Part shown: one piece after another, positions 36,682 to 47,071 of the stretch
Layout of the letters: the number at the start of each line of letters is the position of its first letter
Position numbering within the stretch: the stretch's first letter is position 1
Assembly (NCBI RefSeq): GCF_041624475.1
Contig: NZ_JBFJUX010000011.1
Span: 7,891 to 71,890 of the forward strand
Direction of reading: 5' to 3'
Source: Litorivivens sp.
GTDB lineage: Bacteria; Pseudomonadota; Gammaproteobacteria; Pseudomonadales; Spongiibacteraceae
Length of the DNA: 64,000 nucleotides
Notes under the pieces: model-generated
Databases searched by the model: none
Seen by the model: the letters and a program-made list of their open reading frames with translations, nothing else
Told to the model about the DNA's origin: nothing
Made by a program: the position numbers and the translations under genes

Positions 36682-37458
36682 TCAGGGCGGCTGGCGAACG
36701 GTGGATGGCGAGGGCAGCGCGAGACGAACCCGGTAAATGCGCGGCCAGTATTTGCCGGTCACCAGCCAGCTGTCGCTGTCTTTGTCGTAGGCAATGCCGT
36801 TGAGTACGTCGGTGTGTGGGGCTCGTATGGCCGGGGGGTAAAGCCCGGTCATGTCTAGAATCTTGAGCACTTCGCCGCTCGCCTCGTCGATGACCAGGAT
36901 GCAGTTGGTCTGCCATTGATTGGCCAGTACCAGGCCATTGTGCCACTCCAGTTCATTGAGGAACTTCATGGGCTTGTTTTGATAGTGAACTGCAACACGC
37001 CGGCGTTCGGAGAAGTCGGATGGATTGATGAAGCGCAGCTCGGCGCTGCCGTCGCTCATAATCAATTCGCGGCCATTGTGGGTCAGCCCCCAGCCCTCGC
37101 CGGGGTAGAGGTGGCGTTTCTGAAAGGCCAGGGTCAGCGGGTCAAACACCAGCGCAGTCCCTTGTTTCCAGGTCAAGACATAGAGCCTGTCGCCGAACAC
37201 GGTCATACCTTCGGCGAAATAGTTGCCAGGCAAGGCCAGCTGGCGGTGTCCACCGCGCAGATCGCCGTAGATCAGAAAGGATTTGCCGTAACCGCCGCTG
37301 CTTTCATAGAGCTGTTTGTTGTGCAGCACCAGCCCCTGAGTAAAGCCTCGGCTGTAGTGCGGATAGCTGTCGATCAGTTCAAAGTCTGCAGCAGTTGCCA
37401 GCATGCTGCTGAGCAGCAGACTCCATAGCAGAGTGGTTCGCTGTAAGAGAGTTCTCAG
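36682..37458 (-). CDS. Glutaminyl-peptide cyclotransferase (beta-propeller, plant/bacterial type), probably secreted
   Basis: FTQGLVLHNKQLYESSGGYGKSFL...GEGWGLTHNG...LNELEW is glutamine-cyclotransferase-like. The first ATG is at 37404, but the in-frame upstream sequence encodes a signal peptide from a CTG at 37458 preceded by GGAG (see finding). Confidence 0.8.
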   Translation of the reverse strand: MRTLLQRTTLLWSLLLSSMLATAADFELIDSYPHYSRGFTQGLVLHNKQLYESSGGYGKSFLIYGDLRGGHRQLALPGNYFAEGMTVFGDRLYVLTWKQGTALVFDPLTLAFQKRHLYPGEGWGLTHNGRELIMSDGSAELRFINPSDFSERRRVAVHYQNKPMKFLNELEWHNGLVLANQWQTNCILVIDEASGEVLKILDMTGLYPPAIRAPHTDVLNGIAYDKDSDSWLVTGKYWPRIYRVRLALPSPSTVRQPP

Positions 37459-37649
37459 AAAACTGTCTCCATTTGCGGTGTAAAGTGACAGTCCAGTCTA
37501 GCGCAGAGCCACTCCATCCTGAAGCTGGAGCGACGACTGGCAGAATGTCGAGCTGTTAACACAAAGGTTGAGACGTCCTTCCTTGTGAGGGGGGGGCGTA
37601 TGGGGTTTGATGAGCGGTAAAAGCGGTGGCACGTTTTAGGGGGTATTAA

Positions 37650-38003
37650 ATGCTGCACAGCTTGAACCAGGTCAGTTTTACCGACCGTGTATTGCAGTTG
37701 ATTCCCGGTGCAGATCGGGTGCAACTGAGACGTATGTTTGGCGGCGTCGGCTTGTTTGAGCACAATACGATGTTTGCCATTGCTGTGAATGAGCGGCTGT
37801 TTCTGAAGGCCGATGCCAAAACCCGTGGCGATTTTGAACGACGCGGCCTGGAGCGATTTCACTACGATCACAACGATCAATCTCTGACCCTGGACTTCTA
37901 TCTGGCGCCAGCCGAAGTCTTCCGGCATGACCGCGATATGGCGCTGTGGGTTAATCGGGCCCGGGCCGCCGCATTTCGCGGCAAAACTGCGGCCAACAGC
38001 TAG
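37650..38003 (+). CDS. TfoX/Sxy N-terminal-domain protein
   Basis: 117 aa. RRMFGGVGLFEHNTMFAIAVNERLFLKAD is the TfoX_N signature. There is no TfoX C-terminal domain. Confidence 0.8.
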   Translation: MLHSLNQVSFTDRVLQLIPGADRVQLRRMFGGVGLFEHNTMFAIAVNERLFLKADAKTRGDFERRGLERFHYDHNDQSLTLDFYLAPAEVFRHDRDMALWVNRARAAAFRGKTAANS

Positions 38004-38037
38004 TCACGTTCACCAAGCCAGTAGCTGCCCGTCAGCT

Positions 38038-41000
38038 TCAGGTTGTAAGTTCTTCGGCTTCCGGCTCGTCATTCACCTGCGCCTTGTCGCGACTGAACAG
38101 GCGCAGAATATCCTCCAGAATCAGGTAGCTTGCGGGCACCATCATCAGGTTAACAAATGATGCAATCAATACCCCGAAGGCCAGCGAAACCGCCAGTGGA
38201 ACAAACATGAAGATGGCGAGGTTGTGGTTGGTAATCAGGGGGATTAGACCGACAAAGGTGGTGAGGCTGGTCAGAATAATCGGCCGAAAACGCACGACGC
38301 CGGCTTCCAGCGCGGCCTTTTCCACGGGCATTCCCTCGCTGCGGCGCTGATTGATGTAGTCGACCAGTACCAGCCCCGAGTTCACCACGACCCCGGCCAT
38401 GGCCACGATGCCGAGCAGTGACCAGATAATCAAGTCGAGTCCCAGCAGGTAATGTCCGACCAGCGAACCGATCATCCCAAAAGGTATAACGCCCATGATC
38501 ACAAAGGGCTGGAAGTAGGATTTCAAAGGAATAGCCAGCAGACTGTAGATTACGAACATAGCGATCACCATATTGCGCAGCAGTCCGGCCAGGGCGCCGG
38601 CCCGCTCTTCCGCTTCGCCGGCCAGCGAATACTCGATCGAAGGATAACGCTGGGTAATCTGCGGCATGATCTCGCTGATGGCGTGATTGATGATAGCTTC
38701 GGGCGTGGTGACGTCGCGATCGATATTGGCTTGAACCGATACGACCTGTTTGCCATCAACCCGCTGAATGGTCGAGTACCCCCGCCCGGTGGATACCCGA
38801 GCGACGCTGTTGAAGGGCACCTCGGCTCCGGTTTCTGTGCGGATCATCATATCTTCCACATCACCCAGCGAGCGCCGTTCGCTTTCCGGAAAACGGACCA
38901 TCACCCGCACATCGTCCTGACCGCGCTGAATGCGCTGTACCTCTAGGCCGTAGAAGGCTTCCCGCACCTGATTGGCCAGCGCTGATGTAGTGAGCCCAAG
39001 CGTGCGCGCTTCCGGTTTCAGGTCGAGCTGTATTTCCAGTTTGCCCGGGCGAAAGGTGTCGGTGATATCCAGCACACCGGGTAGTTCCGCCAGTGCTTCC
39101 TTGAGTAGAGCTGCACTCTGCTTCAGGTCCTCCGTCGATTCGCCGCGCAATTGCAGATCCAGCGCTTTGCCCACAGAAAAGGCCGATGCGGTAAAGGTCA
39201 GCTCCAGTGCTCCCGGTATGGCACCCGTTAGTTCTCGCCAGCGCTCGACGATGGCGTTGGGGTCCAGACCGTAGTCGTCGGGGTTGAGTGTCTCCAGTGC
39301 CACCTCTGCGAAGTGGCCGCCCACAGCACTGCCATCGCCGATAGATCCTTTTATTAGCGGGGCGCCAATGGAAGACAGAATATGCTTCACCCGACTGGGT
39401 TCACCCTCGGCCAGCTTGGCATCCAATTCCCGCTGCAGCTGGTTGGCGGCCTTCTCTATCTGCTGGACTCGGGTCAGCATGGTGGTCTGGTCGGTGCCTG
39501 CCGGCATGGTCAGCGTGGCATAAAGGCGCTCGCCAACCACATCGGGTATGAATTGCAGGGACAGACGTCCACTGGCGACCAGCCCGAAGGCCGCGATCAG
39601 CAGGGCGAGGCCCGAGGCCAGAGCCAGGTAGCGCCAGCGCAGGGTGATGACCAATAGAGGCTGGTAGACATTCTCCGCCAGTGACTGCAATTGCCGGGGC
39701 AGCCAGGATTCGCGGTTCTGGCGGCGGCCGCTGGTCAGAATACGGTGGGAGAGGTGCACGGGCAGAATCAGCTGGGATTCAATAATGCTGAAAAACAGTG
39801 CGGCAATAACCACAATGCCCAGCACCGCAAACCACTCGCCAATTGCGACCGGAATGACGACAAAGGGCATAAACGCAACCATGCTGGTCAGGACACCAAA
39901 AATGACCGGGATGGATACTTCCTGGGTGCCGGCAATAGCCGCCTCTTTGGGGCCAAGCCCTTTGAGTTGATGGGCGTAGATGCGTTCTGCCACAACTACC
40001 GCATCGTCCACCAGAATACCTAACACCAGAATAAAGGCGAGTATCGACATGGTAGAGATAGCGATATCGGCGACCGGGAAAATAATCAGGCTGCCTGCCA
40101 GCGCCACAGGAATGCCCACTGCCACCCAGAACGCGAGGTTGGGTTTGAGAAACAGTGACAGCAGCAGGACCACCAGCAGTAGCCCCGACCCGGCATTGGT
40201 GCGCAGTAGGTTCAGTCGGTCGACCAGATCCTGGGATTCGTCTTTCCACAGGGTCATGCTAATACCTTCGGGCAGATCCGCTTCGGCCTGCTCCAGATAG
40301 GTTTTGACCCGCTCGGCAAGATCGATAACGTCTTCCTTGCCAATGCGTTTGACCTGAATCATGACCGCCGGGTTGCCGTCAAAACGCACGCGCAGATCCT
40401 GGTCCATGAATCCATCCACGACATTGGCGATATCGCCTAGCGTAATGACACTGCCGTCTTCGCGGGTCAGGACGATGATCTCTTCAAAATCTCGCCGGCT
40501 ATAGGCCTGGGCCTTGGTGCGCAGCAGTACTTCACCGCTTTCGGTTTTGATTGCGCCGCCGGGCAGGTCCAGCGAGCTGTTTCTGATGGCGGCGGCGACC
40601 TGTTCCAGCGTCAGCCCATAGCGACGGAGGGTGTGCTCGGACACCTCAATCGACATTTCATAGGGGCGAACGTAGGTGACCTGTGCTTGGGAGACACCCG
40701 GCAGCTCCACGATATCGTCGCGAATTTTGTAGGCGAGTTCTTTCAGGCTGCGCTCGTCGGCTTTGCCGGCAAGCATGATGTGCAGCACGTGGGTGAGGAT
40801 GTCTTCCTCTTTGACCTGAGGTTCTTCCGCGTCCGTCGGAAAGGAGTCAATGCCATCCACCCGGCTTTTAATATCGTCGACCACCTTGCCCTTGTCGACG
40901 CCGATTTCCATTTCAACCCGGGTGACGCAGGCGCCTTCCTGGGCCGTTGTCAGAATCTTTTTGATATTGGGCGTGCCTTCGATGGCTTCTTCAACCCGTA

Positions 41001-41196
41001 CGCAAACCGATTCTTCCACTTCGGCCGGGGATGCGCCGAGGTAGGGAACGGTGACGCGAACCACATCGGTAGCGAGGTTGGGAAACTCTTCCCGGTAGGT
41101 GGAGGTCAGTGTCAGGCCGCCGACAATCAGCAGCACCCACATCATCAGGTTGGCGGCAACCGGGTTGTAGACAAACCAGCGAATCAGGGAATGCAC
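38038..41196 (-). CDS. RND efflux transporter permease (AcrB/HAE-type)
   Basis: 1052 aa. The 12-TM RND architecture and N-terminus IRWFVYNPVAANLMMWVLLIVGG are typical. Confidence 0.9.
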   Translation of the reverse strand: MHSLIRWFVYNPVAANLMMWVLLIVGGLTLTSTYREEFPNLATDVVRVTVPYLGASPAEVEESVCVRVEEAIEGTPNIKKILTTAQEGACVTRVEMEIGVDKGKVVDDIKSRVDGIDSFPTDAEEPQVKEEDILTHVLHIMLAGKADERSLKELAYKIRDDIVELPGVSQAQVTYVRPYEMSIEVSEHTLRRYGLTLEQVAAAIRNSSLDLPGGAIKTESGEVLLRTKAQAYSRRDFEEIIVLTREDGSVITLGDIANVVDGFMDQDLRVRFDGNPAVMIQVKRIGKEDVIDLAERVKTYLEQAEADLPEGISMTLWKDESQDLVDRLNLLRTNAGSGLLLVVLLLSLFLKPNLAFWVAVGIPVALAGSLIIFPVADIAISTMSILAFILVLGILVDDAVVVAERIYAHQLKGLGPKEAAIAGTQEVSIPVIFGVLTSMVAFMPFVVIPVAIGEWFAVLGIVVIAALFFSIIESQLILPVHLSHRILTSGRRQNRESWLPRQLQSLAENVYQPLLVITLRWRYLALASGLALLIAAFGLVASGRLSLQFIPDVVGERLYATLTMPAGTDQTTMLTRVQQIEKAANQLQRELDAKLAEGEPSRVKHILSSIGAPLIKGSIGDGSAVGGHFAEVALETLNPDDYGLDPNAIVERWRELTGAIPGALELTFTASAFSVGKALDLQLRGESTEDLKQSAALLKEALAELPGVLDITDTFRPGKLEIQLDLKPEARTLGLTTSALANQVREAFYGLEVQRIQRGQDDVRVMVRFPESERRSLGDVEDMMIRTETGAEVPFNSVARVSTGRGYSTIQRVDGKQVVSVQANIDRDVTTPEAIINHAISEIMPQITQRYPSIEYSLAGEAEERAGALAGLLRNMVIAMFVIYSLLAIPLKSYFQPFVIMGVIPFGMIGSLVGHYLLGLDLIIWSLLGIVAMAGVVVNSGLVLVDYINQRRSEGMPVEKAALEAGVVRFRPIILTSLTTFVGLIPLITNHNLAIFMFVPLAVSLAFGVLIASFVNLMMVPASYLILEDILRLFSRDKAQVNDEPEAEELTT

Positions 41197-41199
41197 GCG

Positions 41200-42378
41200 C
41201 TACGCTCCCTTGGCGGGGCTGGTGTTTACGCGCATGCCTTCAACCGCAACTGTCAGCGGAGAGATGCAGACTGCTTCGCCGGCTTTGAGACCGGACTGCA
41301 CCAGTATTTCCTCGCCCTGCACGCGCAGTATTTTCACATGACGAAAGTGCAGCCGGTTGTCTTCATCCACCACCAGTACCTGCTGGTTGTCGCGCAGTGC
41401 ACTGCGGGGCAGGGTAATTACGTCCGGGTAGACTTTGCCCTGAATGGCGGCTTTGACAAACATGCCCACCAGCAGTGGGGCGTGACCTGGCTCAACAATA
41501 TTCTCAACGGTGACCACGCCGTAGACCAGTCGCGTTGCCGCATCGATTTCGCCTTCGGTGCGCTGCAGTTCGCCGCTCCAGAAGTATTCGTTTTCGCCGA
41601 TATTGCCGGCGATAGTGACCGGCAGAGTGTTATCCGGCGCCAGCACGCCCTGGGTGCCGGGCGGGATGTCCAGATAAACGAATTGCTCAATGCCGATGGG
41701 CAGGTGCACTTCGTAAAAATCGGTGGCATAGAGGGTGGCTATATTTTCGCCCTGGGTCAGATACTGGCCAAAATCCACCGATTCCTTGCGCACCCGGCCG
41801 GCGAAGGGGGCCTTGATGATGGTCCGCTCCAGATTGGTTTTTGCCTGCTGCTGCTGAATCCGGGCTTCGTTAAGAGACGCTTCCGCAAGGCGGAAACTGC
41901 GCCGGGCCTGATCGACCTGTGTTTCACTGGCGAGATTGCGGCGAATCAGCGACTCGATGCGTTTTAATTCGCGTCGCGCGTGGTCAAATTCCACCTCGGC
42001 GCGCACCAGCCGGGTTTTGCTCGAGGCCAGCGCCGTGCGGTAGTCGGTATCGTCAATTTCCAGCAGTTTTTCGCCCGCCGCAAACAACCCGCCATTGACG
42101 AGCTGCGGCGAGATCCAGACAACCTTGCCCGACACTTCCGGTTTAAGCACCGTTTCACTGCGGGGCCGCACGGTTCCCTGAGAATAAACTTCGACCTCGG
42201 TATCCTGAGGTTGCGCGATAACGACTTCTACCGTCGGATAGTGAGGTTCAAGCGCTTTTTTCTGGATCTGCGGCGGGTTATTAACCTGATATTGGTAGGC
42301 GGCAATCCCCAGGCTAAGGGCGACAAGAGGCAGCAGGATCTTGAAAAACAGCGAGCGGTGCTTTCTGGGTTCAGACAT
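41200..42378 (-). CDS. RND periplasmic adaptor (membrane fusion protein)
   Basis: It is HlyD-like with a coiled-coil hairpin and lies immediately upstream of the RND pump. The start chosen is MSEPRKHRSLFFKILLPL. No outer-membrane factor gene is adjacent. Confidence 0.85.
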   Translation of the reverse strand: MSEPRKHRSLFFKILLPLVALSLGIAAYQYQVNNPPQIQKKALEPHYPTVEVVIAQPQDTEVEVYSQGTVRPRSETVLKPEVSGKVVWISPQLVNGGLFAAGEKLLEIDDTDYRTALASSKTRLVRAEVEFDHARRELKRIESLIRRNLASETQVDQARRSFRLAEASLNEARIQQQQAKTNLERTIIKAPFAGRVRKESVDFGQYLTQGENIATLYATDFYEVHLPIGIEQFVYLDIPPGTQGVLAPDNTLPVTIAGNIGENEYFWSGELQRTEGEIDAATRLVYGVVTVENIVEPGHAPLLVGMFVKAAIQGKVYPDVITLPRSALRDNQQVLVVDEDNRLHFRHVKILRVQGEEILVQSGLKAGEAVCISPLTVAVEGMRVNTSPAKGA

Positions 42379-42492
42379 TGTCGAAAATTCTTTTCTGGAA
42401 GGGCGGCGAGCCTGACGGCGGGCAGCTGCAACTATACGCAAGCCTGGCACGCCACGCCATTACGCGGCTTTAATCGCTCGTATTCATGCGGT

Positions 42493-43248
42493 CTATTTCG
42501 GGTGCATTGAGGGCTGGCTGTTGACCAGCTTGAACACCCAACCCGGCGGCAGCAGGTTCATCAACCAGCGCACAATTCGCCCTTCTCCTATCCAGATTTC
42601 ATCCCGGTTCTGTTCAAGGCCTTTCAGAATGGCTTTTACGCAGCTGTGAACGCCCACTTTGGCGCGGTGGATGTCGCTTGTCATAGCGGTTTCAACAGTT
42701 GGCGGAAAGACTTCGACCACTCGAACGCTGCCTTTTAGATGTAGGCGAAGCACCTGAGTAAAGGCGTGCAAACCGGCTTTGCTGGCGCTGTACATTGGCG
42801 AGGTGGATACCGCGACAATGCCGCCGGGGGAGCCGACATTGATGATGCAGGGTGACGGCTGTTGCTGGAGGAGGGGCAGCAGGGCCATTGAGAGCTCCAC
42901 CGGCGCCTGCAGGTTGGCGCGTATTTCGGTGTCGGCCACGGCCCGATCAAAGCGCTCCGGTTTGCCCAAATGGTAGTGGTTGAGAATAGCGGCATTGTTG
43001 ATCAGCACATTGACCGCATGTCCGTCATAACTCAGCTGTCGCACCAGATGGTCGATCTCATCGGATTTGCTGAGGTCACAGCGGTAACTGTGGATGGTGC
43101 TGTTCAGCGCCACGGTTTCATCCAGCGCTGCCTGTCGTCGTCCACATATGATCACCGTGTTGTCACGCTCGGCCAGCGCTACCGCCAGGCCCTGGCCAAT
43201 ACCGCTGCCGCCGCCGGTTATCAGTATGGTGTTGCCGCTCAACTGCAT
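42493..43248 (-). CDS. SDR-family oxidoreductase
   Basis: It has ITGGGSGIGQGLA, NNAA and YSASK motifs. Confidence 0.9.
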   Translation of the reverse strand: MQLSGNTILITGGGSGIGQGLAVALAERDNTVIICGRRQAALDETVALNSTIHSYRCDLSKSDEIDHLVRQLSYDGHAVNVLINNAAILNHYHLGKPERFDRAVADTEIRANLQAPVELSMALLPLLQQQPSPCIINVGSPGGIVAVSTSPMYSASKAGLHAFTQVLRLHLKGSVRVVEVFPPTVETAMTSDIHRAKVGVHSCVKAILKGLEQNRDEIWIGEGRIVRWLMNLLPPGWVFKLVNSQPSMHPK

Positions 43249-43324
43249 GCGAATTCCCCCAATGGTTTGACTGTATTGAAACAGAGCCTGCCAGTAGCCG
43301 CGCTTAATTTCTCTTCATGAGCAT

Positions 43325-45352
43325 CTATTCGCTAGACGAGGGGGCTACTCGACCGCGAATCAGGTCGCGAATCAGAAATCGACTGGGTGACAAAGCCTTT
43401 ACCAGATCGGCGGGCAGCGGTGCAAGCTCGCCGCAGATCTGACTGGCCAGCAGTTCCGCGCAGAGCGGCGTAGAGGTGAGCCCCCTTGAACCGTGGGCCA
43501 GATTAACAAACAGGCCGGGGAAGTTGGCGGGGGTGGCGTGAATCGGCGTTTTGGCATTTTTCGCCAGCGCGGCAAAGCGCTCCAGTGTGTCCGCTCGGTG
43601 GGCCAGAGGGCCCACCAGAGGCAGGTAATCCGGGCTGGCGCAGCGCAGTGCTGCTCTCCCGCCAGTGACCTGCACCGCATCGACGGCACTAAAGGCTTCG
43701 GGCAGTGCGGCCTGTATGCGCCTGAGATTGTCCTGATGTTCACTGTCGCGAAGGGTGGTATCGCTGCAATCAACTTCATAGCTGGCGCCGAGTATGGTGT
43801 TGCCGTTTACCGCGGGCGCGACATAGCCCTCATGGCAGACGACGGTTTTCAGCGGCGGTTCGATGGCGTCCGCAGGCAGGTAGCTCAGCTGACCTCGAAT
43901 ACTGCGCAGCGGCAAATAGTTCGCACAGTCAAAGTTGCTGGCGGACTGCCCGCTGGCAATGACAACTGCATCTGCCCGATAGCTTTGCCGTTCGCCTGAA
44001 AGCAGCCACTGGTTTTGTTCGCGCTCAAGCGCCGTAATTGGCTGGTTCAGGTGTAGGCTGATCAGCGGGTGGTCCAGCAGCTGCTGGCAGACCTTGGCCG
44101 GTTCTAGCCAGCCCGCTGTGGGATAGAGCACCCCCTGTGAGGCTACCTTCGCTCCGCTTGCCTCACTGGCTTGTTCGCGCGACAGAAACTGACACCAGTC
44201 ACCCTGATCGGCAAAGGTGCTGCGCAGTTGCTGCCATTGCTCAGGGGGCAACAATTGAAAGACGCCGCACATATCGCCTGGCAGGGGTGACAGGGAGCGA
44301 TAACTGCGCAGGGCGTGCAGAAAGCTGCTCAGGGCAAAACGATTAAGCTGGCCGTCGCGATGGGAGAGTTTGGTAAAGAGTATGCCCTGAGGGTTGCCCG
44401 AAGCATCGGGCGCGATGCTGCTGCCGCGCTCGAAAACCTGCACCCTCACACCGCGCTCGGCCAGCGCGCGCGCGGTGTGGCTGCCGGCTAAACCGGCGCC
44501 TATTACCGCGACCTCTTTCGGGCGCTCAGGCAGTGCAGTGGCAATATGCCAGGCGGCAGTATCGGCTTTTGCATCCAGCGCCATTGATGCAGGCGGATGC
44601 TGCATTTTGCCGCGCAGCATCTCACGCTTGCGCCCATAACCGCGCACCTTTTCTACAACAAAGCCACGCTCCTTGAGCGCGCGCTTGACGAAGCCTGCGG
44701 CGGTAAACGTGGCGAAGCTGGTGCCGGGTCGGCTGTGCGCTGCGATAAGGTCAAACAGTGGTTCATTCCACATGCCGGGGTTGGTGCCAGGCGCAAAACC
44801 GTCGAGAAACCAGGCGTCGACACAGGGGCCATAACGGTATAACTCGGGGTGGGTGGTGCTAAGTGCAGCGCGCAAGCCGGCTTCCGCTTCGTCGAATACC
44901 AGGTCGAGAATGATAGTGTGAATGCCGGCTTTGAAATGCAGGCGATGATGGCCGCGCAGCAGGGGCGGGTAGTGTTCGATCAGCGCGTCAGCTTGTGATT
45001 TGAGCTGCGGCCAGTTGCCCAGCGCACGTTGCAGATCGGCGCGGGTCAGCGGGTGTTTTTCCACACTCAAAAATTGCAGCGTGTGGGCCTCGGTTCGGTC
45101 CTGCACACAGGCTTGCCACTGCTGCCAGCAGGCCAGAAAATTCAGACCGGTGCCAAAACCGGTTTCTGCAACGCGAAACTGCGGTCCTGTCAGGTTCTGC
45201 CAGCGATGGGATAAATGATTGTTATCGAGAAAAACGTAACGAGTTTCTTCAAGGCCGTGATCCCGTGAATAGTAGACATCGCCGTAGTCGGACGATACTG
45301 GTACATTATCGTCTCCCCACTCGATGCGGGCTGCGCTTACTTGATAGGGCAC
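43325..45352 (-). CDS. mnmC: Bifunctional tRNA mnm5s2U34 methyltransferase / FAD-dependent cmnm5s2U oxidoreductase
   Basis: 675 aa. The N-terminus reads IEWGDDNVPVSSDYGDVYYSRDHGLEETRYVF. The C-terminal half has a DAO-type FAD motif VIGAGLAGS. Confidence 0.9.
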   Translation of the reverse strand: MPYQVSAARIEWGDDNVPVSSDYGDVYYSRDHGLEETRYVFLDNNHLSHRWQNLTGPQFRVAETGFGTGLNFLACWQQWQACVQDRTEAHTLQFLSVEKHPLTRADLQRALGNWPQLKSQADALIEHYPPLLRGHHRLHFKAGIHTIILDLVFDEAEAGLRAALSTTHPELYRYGPCVDAWFLDGFAPGTNPGMWNEPLFDLIAAHSRPGTSFATFTAAGFVKRALKERGFVVEKVRGYGRKREMLRGKMQHPPASMALDAKADTAAWHIATALPERPKEVAVIGAGLAGSHTARALAERGVRVQVFERGSSIAPDASGNPQGILFTKLSHRDGQLNRFALSSFLHALRSYRSLSPLPGDMCGVFQLLPPEQWQQLRSTFADQGDWCQFLSREQASEASGAKVASQGVLYPTAGWLEPAKVCQQLLDHPLISLHLNQPITALEREQNQWLLSGERQSYRADAVVIASGQSASNFDCANYLPLRSIRGQLSYLPADAIEPPLKTVVCHEGYVAPAVNGNTILGASYEVDCSDTTLRDSEHQDNLRRIQAALPEAFSAVDAVQVTGGRAALRCASPDYLPLVGPLAHRADTLERFAALAKNAKTPIHATPANFPGLFVNLAHGSRGLTSTPLCAELLASQICGELAPLPADLVKALSPSRFLIRDLIRGRVAPSSSE

Positions 45353-45472
45353 GGTTTCAGAGCTCGGTTAATAACACACGGTGGCGCTGGCTGTTGCTTG
45401 GTGGGTGGGCTTGCCAATGGGCGCATTGTAGCAACGCTGAGACGATAATCGAAGGAAGTGACTGTTAACCTC

Positions 45473-47071
45473 ATGCGAAAACTAGTTGTCGCTGCCAGTC
45501 TTTTTGCTCTCCTGTTTCATTCTATGCCACTGCTGGCCCGTGCCGTCGATGCCGAGCGGCAGCGTATTACCCTGAGCCTGGCCACCGAACCGCCTAGCCT
45601 CGACAGTGCCCTGGCAACTGACCAGATTAGCAGTTTCCTGCTGGCGCATTTGATGGACGGGTTGGTGCAATACGGCCCGGACGGCTCTCTGGTACCTGGA
45701 ATTGCCCGGCGTTGGGAGGCCAGGGAAGATGGCGCTACTTTCTGGCTGAGAGAGGATGCCACCTGGAGCGATGGCAAGCCGGTGACCGCCGAACAGTTTG
45801 TCTATGCCTGGCGTCGGGCGGTGGATCCGGCTACGGCCTCCCAATACGCTTTTATTCTGTTTCCCATCAAAAACGCTGAAGCAGTCAATCGCGGTGATAT
45901 GGCGCCTGAAAGGCTGGGCGTTCGGGCTTCGGGCTCTCATAAGCTGGAAGTCAGTTTTGATAAACCGTGCCCCTATTTTGCCAAGCTCACCGCGTTTATG
46001 ACCTTTTTTCCGGCGCGGCAGGATGTGGTTGAGCGCTGGGGACGGGCCTATGCTGCAGACGCCGATAAGATGATTTTCAATGGTCCCTTTGTGCTCGAGC
46101 GCTGGGTACACGGTGCGCGTTTGACCCTGAAGAAAAACCCGCGCTACTGGAATCAGGCAGCCATCAAGCTGCAGGAAATTGACCTGCCCTATATCACGTC
46201 CGACCCGAGCACCCACTACAACCTGTATAAAGACAACCGCATTGCTCTGTCGCCACTCGATTCCAGTACGCTCAGTGATGCGCTGGCTAGGGGCTATGAA
46301 ACCCATTTGTTTGATTTTGGTACCCTGTTCTTTCTGGAGTTCAATTTCCGGGAAGACCGGGCGACCCGCAATCTGGCTTTGCGCCGCGCCATTCAATCAG
46401 TGCTGAATCCCTCATTACTGGTCTACAAGGTGCTGGGCCTGCCAGGCATCAAACCCGCGTACAGTCTTTTCCCGTCGAGCATGCGCGCGGGAGGAGGGGT
46501 GTTTTCCCAGCAGTATCCGCCTCCCCGCATTGACTATGATATTGAACAGGCCCAGCGCTATCTGGCGCAGGCAAAACAGGAACTGGGCACGATTCCTCCG
46601 CTGACTTTGCTGGTGGGCGATAGTCCCCGAGCGGTTAACGAGGCGGAGTTTTATCAGTACGTGCTCAAGCAATCCCTTGGGCTGGAAACCCGGCTCGATC
46701 AGCAAACCTTTAAACAGCGCATTTCAAAAATGCGGCGCGGGGAATTTGATATTGCGGCGGCAGGCTGGGGGCCGGATTTCGACGACCCGATCACCTTTGG
46801 CGATCTGTTCGCCTCCTGGAATGAAAACAACCGCGGCCGCTTTATTCACGCCGGCTACGATGCGGCGGTAAGACAGGCTCAGCAATCCCTCGACCCGGAA
46901 GTGCGGCTACAGGCCTTTGATCGCATGCAGCACATTGTCAGCGAGGAAGTTGTCATTATTCCAACCTACGAGAATGTGGGGCTTTATGTGCAGCATCCAC
47001 AGCTCGCCGGAGTTCGGCGTTCCATTTTCGGTGGTGACCCCAATTTCCGCTATGCCTGGGTAGAGCCCTGA
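45473..47071 (+). CDS. ABC transporter substrate-binding protein, family 5 (peptide/nickel type)
   Basis: It has a signal peptide MRKLVVAASLFALLFHSMPLLARA and is SBP_bac_5-like. An alternative GTG start is at 45458. Confidence 0.85.
   Translation: MRKLVVAASLFALLFHSMPLLARAVDAERQRITLSLATEPPSLDSALATDQISSFLLAHLMDGLVQYGPDGSLVPGIARRWEAREDGATFWLREDATWSDGKPVTAEQFVYAWRRAVDPATASQYAFILFPIKNAEAVNRGDMAPERLGVRASGSHKLEVSFDKPCPYFAKLTAFMTFFPARQDVVERWGRAYAADADKMIFNGPFVLERWVHGARLTLKKNPRYWNQAAIKLQEIDLPYITSDPSTHYNLYKDNRIALSPLDSSTLSDALARGYETHLFDFGTLFFLEFNFREDRATRNLALRRAIQSVLNPSLLVYKVLGLPGIKPAYSLFPSSMRAGGGVFSQQYPPPRIDYDIEQAQRYLAQAKQELGTIPPLTLLVGDSPRAVNEAEFYQYVLKQSLGLETRLDQQTFKQRISKMRRGEFDIAAAGWGPDFDDPITFGDLFASWNENNRGRFIHAGYDAAVRQAQQSLDPEVRLQAFDRMQHIVSEEVVIIPTYENVGLYVQHPQLAGVRRSIFGGDPNFRYAWVEP

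Noticed and set aside
40633-41967. 444-aa plus-strand ORF spanning the RND pump / adaptor junction
   Set aside because: It crosses the boundary between two well-supported minus-strand genes and is rich in G/F/H/A/D. It is an antisense artefact.
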